From Phoronis australis (taxonomy: Eukaryota > Animalia > Phoronida), in assembly GCA_002633005.1 (NCBI GenBank), contig NMRA01000028.1:1583505-1647504 (forward strand): DNA of 64,000 bases. Reading direction: 5' to 3'. Below, piece by piece: positions 36,001-48,000 of this stretch (position 1 is its first letter; every line of letters starts with the position of its first letter). Both the position numbers and the translations under genes were made by a program. The notes under the pieces were generated by a model that saw nothing but the letters and a program-made list of their open reading frames with translations, had not been told where the DNA came from and searched no databases.

Positions 36001-39000
36001 ACCTGAAGCCAGATTTACTGAAGATGAAAATGACCAACATTCATGAAGTTTGATTTGAAATTTTTATGCATTGTCAAAATAGTAAGTGTTGGCGAGGTAG
36101 TATGGTTAAAACATTTATTTTGGGCTTTTTTAGGATAATGATGATGTACACAATGCAACAACTTATTTAGTGGTGACAGTGATCGATGTGGAAAATAAGC
36201 CTCCCAAATTCACCAAAGAGGCGCAACTAGTGTCAGTGAAGGAAGACACCAAACCGGTTTGTATATAAAGAACACACAACTAGTTATGGTGTATCGACCA
36301 GATATGATGCTTCCTCATACTTTCTAGGCTTAACTCTTATTATTGTACATCATATTTCCCATATTAAACATGAAGAAAATATCGTGCACTGGTTTCAGTG
36401 AGGAATTTAAAACTAGAATGTAAATGTGAGACTCAAACATGTGGAGCCAGTATGTTACTGACAGTACAAGACAAAAGTAATCAGACGTCATGGAATCTGT
36501 TATTTCCCCATCATAACATCTAATTCTGCTAGAGACATAAATGATTGGTAATAACTATAAGGCTGGCAAAATTCTAATCACAAAATTACTGCGCCACTGT
36601 ATCAGTTTTCTTGCTCATATTAGAAAACCATTCTTGACCATGAATTCAGCTTCTGCCAAGTAGTTATGATGGGGGATTTCTGAATAATTTTGTCTGGATG
36701 CTTTTGGCTTGTTCTGTACAAGTGTCTGAAATCTCTATTAGTTGCATTATCCTAGTTGATACACTGATTCTGTACTTTAAAAAGAGCTGAAGATCTGCTT
36801 AATGCACAATGTAACTGTCGCACAGTTACAGAGTTTCTGTACTGAGGAATAGCTGGTATATCTGGATATCTTTATGTTATTGTTCTGTTACTTTGTTTCT
36901 TCTACATAAAAAACATTTCTGATACTATAAGTAATCATTTCAATTCATAAAACATAAAAACATTTCTAATACTATAGGTAATCGTGTCAATTCTAAAAAC
37001 CATAATTTTCAAGATCTTTCTGTTCAAATAATAGAAAAACTCCAATACCCGAGTACCCCTCACAGACTCAAAAGAGAACAATTGATCCCAATGGATTAAA
37101 CATAAAGACTTCTTGAATCGTATCCTTTACTTTTTTCCGGCTGCAGTCTATTATGTTCATTACACCAAATATCAGATGTCATTTGTCATATCGTGTTTGA
37201 TTTTACTTCATTTCTGTTGCTGTTGACAAAGGATGTTATATCCAAAAATTTCAGTTGATCTATTGTTAAATTACCTAAAGTATATTTATCCCACGCGCGT
37301 TGAATCTGTCGAGGGAAATACGGCTATGTAATAAAGTTTTCCGTATTCACCTCCTGCACTACTTCAACAGCGACCTCTGACATGGAAAGTTCAAAAGGTA
37401 ATGTCGACTTGATGTCTTCAGCCGGTTCGATCATCAAACTTTCCTAATGTAGTTTAAAGTAACACAGTTGCAACAGTGTAACTAACACTCGACATGCAAC
37501 CAGGCCCTAAACGTAAAATCTGGAACAAAACTGTTAATTCTAAGACACTTTCTCTCAGTTTTCAATTGCTGAATACTATATCGTCTGCAACTCAGGCACC
37601 CATTCCTAGGAAATTAAAATATCAAAAATTGTTTTTTAACTATTTCCAGGAGATGTTACAAGTTCACTGCTCAGTTGCCGTTGTTTTCATCTTTGCTACC
37701 TCTTTTCAAGAAATAAATCGTTACCTTTAAATCTGTTTCTTTTCCAAGAGAAAACTTGCAGCCTAACGCGCAAGTACATACATATAGGATGTGATCTGCC
37801 ATGTGAACAGTCTTGGTGAAGTATTTGAAAAATCTGCCGAAAAATGTAAGAAACTTAGGAATTCGAAGCGCATGGGATAAATACAAAACGTACCTCGATT
37901 GGCGTACATGAAGTAATATTCCACTTGACCTTATTACGCGGAATAATGTTTCGTGGGATATTACTTCATGTACGCCACTCTCGGTACGTTTTGTGTATAT
38001 TTTCTAAATTTCGTCAAACAATAGTGTCGTTTAGAGGATCTGGGTCGCCTCTTTTAGTTTCAGATTTATTTTCTACGTTTCCTTTAGTGAAATTCTAGGA
38101 TAGAGCCCAGTTTTGCCTGTTGTATTTCTGCCCGAACGTGTAAGTCTAATGGCTTCTACTTCTCTACCAGGGTACCATTCTAGATTATGTGGCAGCTGAA
38201 GATGGAGACACGGGAATCCGCAACCAAATAAACTACACTTTAGTAGGAGGTTTGTGCAAATAGCGTACTGCTCGAAACATTTGAAATTGAAAATGTTAAT
38301 TTTTTATTTAAGGTTATGTCGGATCTTAGAAAATAATTATGTAATTTTCAAATATTATGCTTGATATGCTGTTCTAAAAACGTTGTTAGGAACTGTTATG
38401 GTCCAGTTTTGCATGAGCTACTATCAGAGAATAAAAATTGAAAATTACATATAAAACTAAATTGAAGTGCTAACTCAGAAAACTGTAACCGTGTTTTTGA
38501 GATCTCATCTCTAAGTTTTATATTACAACAGGGTTTGATTTTGTTATTGAAAGCTTTGTTCTGCTATGATTGTACCATTCAATTTTGCTAAATGTTAAGA
38601 AAAATGTATGGTCATGTGACCCAACCAACAACAGATTGGTGGACAGTCAAAGATCAACTTTGTCAGTGCGGACTTTCTGCTTTCAGAATATAACAATATT
38701 TATATGTACTTTTCTCAACTTAAAATACTGTAGTTTTGTTAATATTTAAGTGAATGCACTTAAAATACTGTAGTTTTGTTAATATTTAAGTGAATGCACT
38801 TAAAATACTGTAGTTTTGTTAATATTTAAGTGAATGCACTTAAAATACTGTAGTTTTGTTAATATTTAAGTGAATGCACNCGGACACTAGCGGAAACCCA
38901 AATTTGGAGGTCCGCCAAATTCGGACACCACAAAATGATATTTCGCGAGATTCGTCCAAGAATGATTTTTTTCTCTTGGAATTAATTTTCAGTGTCCGAA

Positions 39001-42000
39001 AATCACGCGACTTTACCGTAATATTTAAGTGAATGCACTTAAAATACTGTAGTTTTGTTAATATTTAAGTGAATGCACAGACTTGTTGATACGATGTCAC
39101 AGGGAAATTAATTTTTTCCATTCAAAAAAGTGGTAAATATTAATTTTTAGAGTGCGCCCATCTCACTGTTGTAGAATAATTTCATTGACGCACTATGATT
39201 GAACTTGGGTCATTAAAATTGTAATTAAAATTGGAAAAAAATAACTTGTCTCGTAGATTTTGCAAATTGGCCTATAGACGGGTCAATTCACCCAAACCCA
39301 CGTTTTTCTGCAGTGATCCCTGCTCATAATTGAATTATTCCTAGTTATTCCCATATACGTTAGAGTATTTTGCTTCTTATTTCAGGAAACCACGACAGTT
39401 TTGATGTTCTCAGTAATGGAAGCCTCGTCCTAACCAAACCTATTGACAGGGATAACCTGACCTCACCCAGTTTTACTTTGACTGTGATGGTAATGTTGTT
39501 TTTCTCCGCCATTAAACGGCTGTTTTCATCCTACTTGGGGTCCAAAACATGAAGATCAGCTGATTAACTCAAAAATGTTCTCAAACTCATCCTTACCATG
39601 GTTATCCTTAAGGTTTCTTTCAACAATCAAAAGAACTGGGATATCTATGATGCTTGCTGATGCCCTGAATAGGCTAGGAACGGATATCATTTTCATGCAC
39701 CCATTTATATGTGGACGTATTATGCCATCACCCCCATCCAGCCGTCTGTCCGGCATCTGCTGCTCTACAAAACCATTCAACGTAGATTCATGAAATTTTG
39801 CGCACATGTTCCTTCCATGCATGGGATGGCATGAGCGAACGAACTTTCGGACGAATCCGAATAGCGGTGTGCCCCCTAGTGGCAATTTTAGTTTTTTATG
39901 TTTACCTCTGTATCAGCAAAGGTCCTCAACGTGTTTTCATAAAATTTGGCATATATGCATCTATTATTGAAGTGATGGATTCGACGTGCTTTACGCCACC
40001 TAGTGGCCATTTTCACTGTTTTCTAGTCTGTTTTTTGGCGTCCATCCCTCTGTCAACCAAACCGCTCTAAGGATGATTGTGAAAATTGGCATGTATGTTC
40101 TTACTTCGAAGAGAATGGCTCACGATGATTTTCCGAGGACTTGACTACTGTGGCGCCTCCTAGTGGTATTTTTTGCACTCATGGCTGTATCTCCTAAACC
40201 GTTTGCAGGATCTTTACTAAATTTAGGAACTGTATTTGTGTGATGTTGACAATGGATGACGATGACTTTCGGATGGATCTGAGTACCCGTGTGCTCCCAA
40301 GTGGCAATTTTAATTTTTAGGCTCATCTCTGTATCTTCAAAGGTCCTCAACGGATTTTCAGAAAATTCGGAATACATGCATCTATTGGTGAGATGATGCT
40401 ATCCTCCTGTTTTGGGTTGGAATCGGGGTACTTTGTGCCACCTAGTTGCTATTTTTTCCTGTTTTTGAGTCTGTTTTTGGCATCCACCTCTCCATCAACC
40501 AAGCCATTCTAAGGTTGATTTTGAAAATTGGTGTGTATGCTCTCAGTGTGAAGCTGACGGTTAACGATAATGAATTTGACTACTGTGGCACCTCCTAGTG
40601 GTAGTTTTGTTTTGTTTAGTTTTGTGCCCATTGCTGCATCTCCTTAACACACTGCAGGATATTTTTTGAATTTAGTAATTGTATTTATATGAAGCTAACA
40701 ACAGACAACGACGTTTTTCAGGCGGATCCAATGAAGGCTGTGTCCCATAGTGGCAATTTCGTTTTTTAAAATTTGGTAAATAGCTTTCTATTAAAGAAGC
40801 GATGGCGTGTTCCCGTTTTCAGATGGATTGGAGGCTTTGCTCCATCTAGTGGCTGCTTTTATGAAACATAAACAACCTTAGAAGCACACCAATTACGGTG
40901 CATTCTTGGGCGCATTTCAACGCTCCGCGTTGCTCTTGTCTCACTTAAAGATCAGTTACTTAAACATTGGCAATAAACTGTGTGCTGGTGAAAGCTGTGG
41001 TATTATCGTTTTGGCTAAAACCACGCACATGACTTGTGGTGAAATGGACCCCTGATTTATCACCAGTGGCTAGGATGGGCTAGTGCTAAATGAGTTCAGC
41101 TAGCAAGCTCGAATGGCAATTAGTTTAGCTCACAATTCCTGTGTGACTCAAGCAACCACAAGGCAAATGTCTCAAACCCAAATGCTCATTGTATGCTGTC
41201 CAAGTGAGCAGTGTGCTTGGGATAATAGCTTCAGTGTCCAGTGAAAATTATTCACTCACTTGACATCATTTTGTACCTCACTGACTCCTTTTCCTCACTG
41301 TTTGCATCCATCTCGCTCTGAGCTATTAGACTTTCAAATTTACTTTTGAGCTTATGGCATATGGCCCTAGTCTGCAGTGGGCTTTACAGTCACCATGGTA
41401 GCATCTATTGTTTTGGTTTAATTCTTCAGGCTTATGAAGTGGTTAACAGTGGCAGTAATCAGATGTGGGAGGAAATTACAGCCAACACAACAGTGACAGT
41501 CACCGTCATCGATGTAAATGATGAAAAGCCTACATTTAACCGTGATGTTTATAATGCTACTGTTCAAGAGGTGTTCAAAAGCGAATCTAGCTCTGCAGTT
41601 AATCCATCCATCACCTTCACACCAGCAGGCTTGCAGATGGTCGTCACGGATAAGGACTTGGTGATTTGATTTTCTAACGAAATTCTACATGATAAGAATG
41701 TCATAAAAAAGATGCCAAAACCCCAACGTTTCACCTCTGGTATAAGTGTTTTCTTCTTTTCGAACTCAAAAGTTATTACATTAAGTGTTTGCTCTGTTTA
41801 TGCTCTCAGCAAAATGAGCAGCTCTTGTGGTCATCACATTAGCTGAATATTAGTTTAACCCTTTCACAACCAACCCGCTCGAAACCGCTCGTTGCCGTAT
41901 GCAACCAACCTGTCTCAAACTGGCCCACCTTACCTGACTAAACATAGATCAAGTTCATTCGTGCATACTCTTGAGACTGAATATTATTTCTGTTGTAAAT

Positions 42001-45000
42001 TTCTGTCTGTTTGTCCTACCACATTTATTGATGTCTGACAATTCAATTTGAAGTTTTTGAGGTAATTTTCTGGTGATTTTTGAACTTGTTTTTGAAATTT
42101 AAAAAATCTCATGGCTTCTGGTGAAAACGACTATAGCAGTGACAGTGATGCTGGTTTCAGTGATTGTATGAATGCAGAAGTAGCCGTATCTCTTCGAATT
42201 TGTGAGGGACTTGTTGTCAAAAATGAATGTGAAGTTATTATTTCCGATGTTTCGTCTATTAGGGTTGAGAGCAATGATGAAATCGCTGATATTGTGTGGT
42301 AATAGCAACATTTGGTGTGGATTGGTCTTGGGAATTGTGCCATGATATCTTTATGGAGTTTATAGAAATGACTGATGTTTGCCTTCCAGCAAAATCTAAA
42401 ATTTCAAGTTGCTTTGCCAGATAGATTTTTTGAAATGAAGTCTCAGGAAATAAAATTTATCTTTATGCACAGCAGAAAATTGCAACATCACCCAATCAGA
42501 AATGGCAGCCAACATGCCGTGATGAAATGAAGGCTTTTTTCTGCATTGGAATCACACTCTCAAAATAAGTGGATTTTTTTGAGTTAATGTGGTTTCACCA
42601 TATGGTGTTTTTTTCTATAAATAGAAACACAATAGGGATAATATTTTCCTGTGCCATTCAATGACCACCACTTGGAAAACTGTTACTTCATACAGTGGAA
42701 CTTACTTGATCTTGATGTCATTCTGAATATCCCGGTCATCTTCATGTAATGTTGAAAAACAGAATCTTTTCCCTTCAAACCCATGTAAAGTTATCAGCAT
42801 AATGTCATGATTTGTTATCATATTACATAATGTCTAAAATCAGCTGATTCTCAACGGCTTTTTAGCATATGTGCCTTCGCTTCTCTATAAAAAGGCAACC
42901 TAAATCATCTTCAATTCATATTTGCCGTTTCAAATTTTGTGCCGCGTGGAAAAATCTGCAACTCTTGTCCCCTGTACAACTTTCTTTCCCTGAAAGTCTC
43001 CACTTAGCATGGTCACTGTTTACCATCGCTGCCAAGTTGGGACTCACTTAATGGAATTTCCCACTTGTTAAAATATAATTAATGTTGAAACTAACGTTAA
43101 GTCGACCCCACTGTAATTGTGTGCACATTTTAGTCTTTGGTGCACAGGAATCTCACATAGACTGAGAAAATTGCATTAAGAAATGCTATTTGGAGGTAAA
43201 GTCTTGTCTCAGTTTATTTTCATTCAATTTCATTTATGTCTGTTTCAGGGTGTTAATGCCTACTTCAATCTATCCATTGAAAATGATGCGTACAACGCAT
43301 TCGAGATTTTCCCTGTGGAAGAATCCTATTCTCAAGTGATTGCCCACATAAAAGTTGTCAATGCATCCATCCTTGACTTTGAAAAATTGGAAAGCGTGTC
43401 AATTAATGTAAGTGGTTATTTATGTTGTCAGCAGAAATACATCTGCTCGGCCTAAGTTCAGTAATATTCATAAAAAATGTTGCACATTCTTTGAATACTT
43501 TCCCTGCAATGTCACATGTTGTTTATTGCTGCTCAGGTTAGAATTACTTAAAAGAACATCATATTTCAGAAGTGGCTGGTCAAATTCGTATGAAATTTTC
43601 AGGTACCAGGCTTTGTGCACTGCTTGCAAATTGCTGTAAGAGATTGTTTTTAAAATTTTCCACTTTTGCGTGAGGGGCTATCAAAAATAGGACTTCTAAG
43701 CTTTTTATGAAAAAAAGTCAAAAGTTGCGTAAAGCAAAAAGAAAATGATGATTTAGAAAACTGTGACAGCATTTTTGAGATTTTATCTTGAACATTTTTA
43801 TCGAACAAAATTTGGTCAGGTTGTTACTGTTGTTTAGCTATGGATGTTCCTTTCTTTCTCATTAAGTTTTACTTAAAAGACATGGTCACGTGATTCAATT
43901 AATAGCAGATTGGTATAAAGTCAAAAATTAAATTTTACGGGCTTTTCAGTTTCAGAAAATATACTGAATTAAAACTATAGTTTTTCAGATATTTGGCTAA
44001 AGACACTGACTAATCGATAAAGTCCTGCATAAGCTTAAAGGAGCATGCCACCCAAAAAACAACCTAATTTGTATCAATTTAGATCGAGTAGTTCCACTCC
44101 ATAACGGCACGTACGGTTGCGTTACCTGACACCTGACGGCAGACTTAGGTGTTGAAATTATCCAATGACGTAATTGGTTTCACACGCAGTCTGTTCAGCA
44201 GTTCACAACACGGGTTACTGGTGTCAGCTTATTGCTTGAATTCATCGTTGAACACCAATAAATCATCAAACTTTGATGTGAAACCCTTAAAAATAAACCG
44301 AGTTCTTATAAAAACGTTTTGTTTTATTTTGCTGTGACGGATTTATTGGTGTTTGGACACACCGTAGCCTTCAAAGTTCGGCAGTCCAATAAGGTCCGTA
44401 GCACTAGGAGTTTGGGGTCTGTTCGGAGATAAATTCGAGGTATTTTTCCGTGAGATACAGACAGGAGAACCTAGATCTGTGTTGTTTCGACTTGTGATTT
44501 TTTTGAGTTCTAAATACACAAAATGCTTGTTATCCTGGCCAGTGGCTCGGAGCCCAATCAGGCCCTTCGCGGCCGGCGGGACTGACTCGTTATCCCCGCC
44601 AGTGGCTCGGAAGCTGATCAGACATCACGAACATAAACCATCCAAAGTTGGAAACTAAACTTCCAGTCAAGAAAATGCTATACTAGTGAGCCAAAGAAGG
44701 AAATTGCACGTGATTATGTTGGTGAATTAGCCACGAAACTGCAAATCTACTTACTCGTCGGGGGCCGCGAATTCAGGTTCCGCTTTGACCAAAGAACCGT
44801 CAGGGCAGAAGTTGTACATTGACAATCACTATGTGAATAATGTAAATGTAAATAAAGATTCCCCTAACACCCGTGGGATAGAAATCGAGTTGTTTCACAA
44901 CTGTTTCAGTCGGCAAACATTGAATTAGCATGAGCTCACACGGCCTCGGTGTCCCGTCAATTAGTTTTATTGCACCTAAAGCCGGTAACGCTGTGATTTA

Positions 45001-48000
45001 TTCATTGCTGGCTTCTCAAATCATTTGCACTCACGAACACTCCAAAGACATTACAAATTGCACCTAATGAGACAGACTTTGTTTCAGTTTTATATAAGTA
45101 TTGGTAAGGGTGAGAATAATTCATTTTGAAATGGAAAGCTCAAACGCCAACACGGATGGCAGCTGACTCGCAATCCCGACTTAGACGAGAGCTCATCCCA
45201 ACGAAGACTTCGCTGGCGGATCATTAAGTTTCGCAGGCTATCAGTTCGGACAGGAATACAGTGACGAAGAAATACTAGAGAGGCGCCGTGAACAAGCTCA
45301 GATAACGTAACGTATGGATAGTTATTTGCTAAGCTGGCATTCTTCAGACTCACTGTCGACGACTGCTGGCCACAGACACGGATATGTTTCACGGCCTCAC
45401 ACTTGCTATTTACAGCATACTTTTCATTCTTCACTACCACGAGCCACTTCCTAAGCATTCCGGACTCTCGAGGAAGTCGAAAAAACGACGATATACCCGC
45501 TTTCCTCGCAGCTGCATAGTTTGGACAAGCGGGAACGATGCACCGCAACATAGCGGCATTAACTCTTCAAGTGAACCACTGATGTCGCTGCGTCGTTTCT
45601 CACCTTCCTCACAGGTTAACGCGACACCTCTCGGCAAGGTAAGGTTGACCGTATGCGAGGCGATGTGGATATAGACCGATTAAGATGGCAAAAAAGACTA
45701 ATTAAATGGGGTGGCATTCTCCTTTAAAACCACATCAATGTCATTCAAATGTCAACTTTATCGCAGTTTGATTTTCTGTTTGTTTAGGTTGTTGCCAGAG
45801 AGACTCGAACATCCAGTCGCAGTTCTTCAACTGCTAAGGTGAACATTTTCATTGAGAATCTGAATGACAATGATCCTAAGTTTGAAAGTTCCTATGAATT
45901 TAACATCACAGAAAAAGCACAGCTTGGAACACTGATCTCCAACAGTATCAGGGTATGTAATATAAAAATGTTCAGCTAATCAGACAAAATTTCACTTTCT
46001 TGTCATGAGGCTGTCATGGGTGATGATATCTTGTCAATCCAACCACTCTGACAGTGGAGACTGGGTTGGACTCTGGAGACTTAAGGATCTCTTGAGAACG
46101 CTAGACGGCATGAAGTATCACTATGAATTGCAAGTGAAGCATGTGACAACACTAGCTTTGTTCATGAGATTCTTGCATCTGCAGAACAAAGCCTCTGTTG
46201 TAGTCAGCTGTCATGGCAACTGACTGCAGGTGGAAATTCCATGTGTGGTCAGTTGCCATGACAGCCAATTCTAAATGATTTTGTTAAATTATCTTTTGCT
46301 GTCCACTATATTACAACTTGAGATGTTTAGTGCAGCCGAGACAGTTGTATATGTGCTTATTGTCAGTATTGTTATTTCATTAGCGCAGTTTCAGTTTAAG
46401 CCTACAGTTTCTGCAGTCTCATGTTTGCTTGCATAAAACATGTAAAATGGGAGAGCATGGAATCAGCTTCCTATGACAACAAACCAAATTAAGACATTAA
46501 CATAGTAATTTATTGCAATCTAGTAGCATTATTGTCTACAACACAATGGTTGAAATAATGAAGTTTGTATTCAATATTCCTCGGCATGTGCAGACTCTCA
46601 TAACAACCAGTCCAGCTAAAAAAGTTGGGTTACTTTACATGTTGCATTTGCGGCAACTATGCAAAACGATGCGCATGAATGTCACACCTGAGTTACAACA
46701 TTGAGATATGTTCAAGTTATGCACTCAATACATCTAGACACGAGATATGGATTGTCTGAACTGACACAATACTACAAAACTTATTAGATCGTGCGCATAT
46801 TACATTAACATATGATTACATTTAAGTTGTGGACTCAATTAAGGTACGTATTTTCTAGAATGACCGAGTTTTCAGTGTTTTATCAAAATTTTGGTTTCAA
46901 GTGACATTGAAGGTTAATGTTTCAACACTTAACCAATGCATCACTTTCATAAATTGCTATTTTCACTCCACATGCATCTGAGTACAATAGTATCCCGGAG
47001 AGTTTACTGAAAATAAAATCAGACACCTATGGAGTAAATATTTCAGAAATGGAAATGTTTGAACATCGCGACTTCCTTTTTCACAAATTACTGTATTCCC
47101 TATGTTTTTTCTAAAGAATTAACTTTGGTGTCAAAATACTTACCAAAAGTCTACTTTTGTATCATTAATGAACAACAAAATATAAAACTTATGATCATAT
47201 ATTTCATAAGCTATTGTGCAATGAGAATGTTATTATTCAGAGATGTGTCGCCTCAGACACACTGTCATGATTTGTAGCTATGTTGAGCTAGGGGTGCTGG
47301 AAATTGCGGTCAACTGTGGTGATCCGTAGCAAAACCAGCAGTAACTGTGATATGTGATGAGTCATAATGCATCACGGTTCACTACAGTGGTTTTAAACTG
47401 TTGAAAGTACGGCTGGTCACTGCAGCTCCACCCTACTGCGGGGCACTGCAGCTCCACCATGGACTATGCTTTCTGTAGCCATGCTCAACATTTTTACCGT
47501 AGAAACGCCCTGGAACCTGTATATCATAATGATTCGTAGGCAAGCAAGAGTGAGCGTGACAAATGTCAACATAATTAAGTGTATCTTAATGAGTTTGAAG
47601 TCTTAAAAATGGTTATGGTGTCCTGTTTTCCCGCCTAAGCATTTCGTCTTTTATGGTGGTTTTAGAACTGTGTTAACCGGGAAGACACAGCACTGCAAGG
47701 AGTATTGTGAGTGGGACTAAGGCATTAATCTTGCTAAACATGGTACAAGTTTACTGAATAAGACAACATTTGATGTCATTGTCATTGCAATTTTGTGTTT
47801 TGTTTTATCTAATTTCAGGCATCGGATGAAGACAAAGGGGACTTTGGGGTGATAAAGTATTCCATAAAGGGTTCATCTGCAGACCTGTAAGTGTGTATGT
47901 TATTGTGTCACCCTAAAGCTACTGTCGTGACTAACTGTAAGACACCATCAGTTATTTAACTCAGTTTTTGGCCACAATAATATTAAAAACCGGACGATCG

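Noticed and set aside
38718-38879. 40-bp direct repeats as a CRISPR array
   Set aside because: Head-to-tail with no spacers, no cas genes, and a eukaryotic intron context; the same applies to the 60-bp repeat at 59685 and the 33-bp repeat at 26868.
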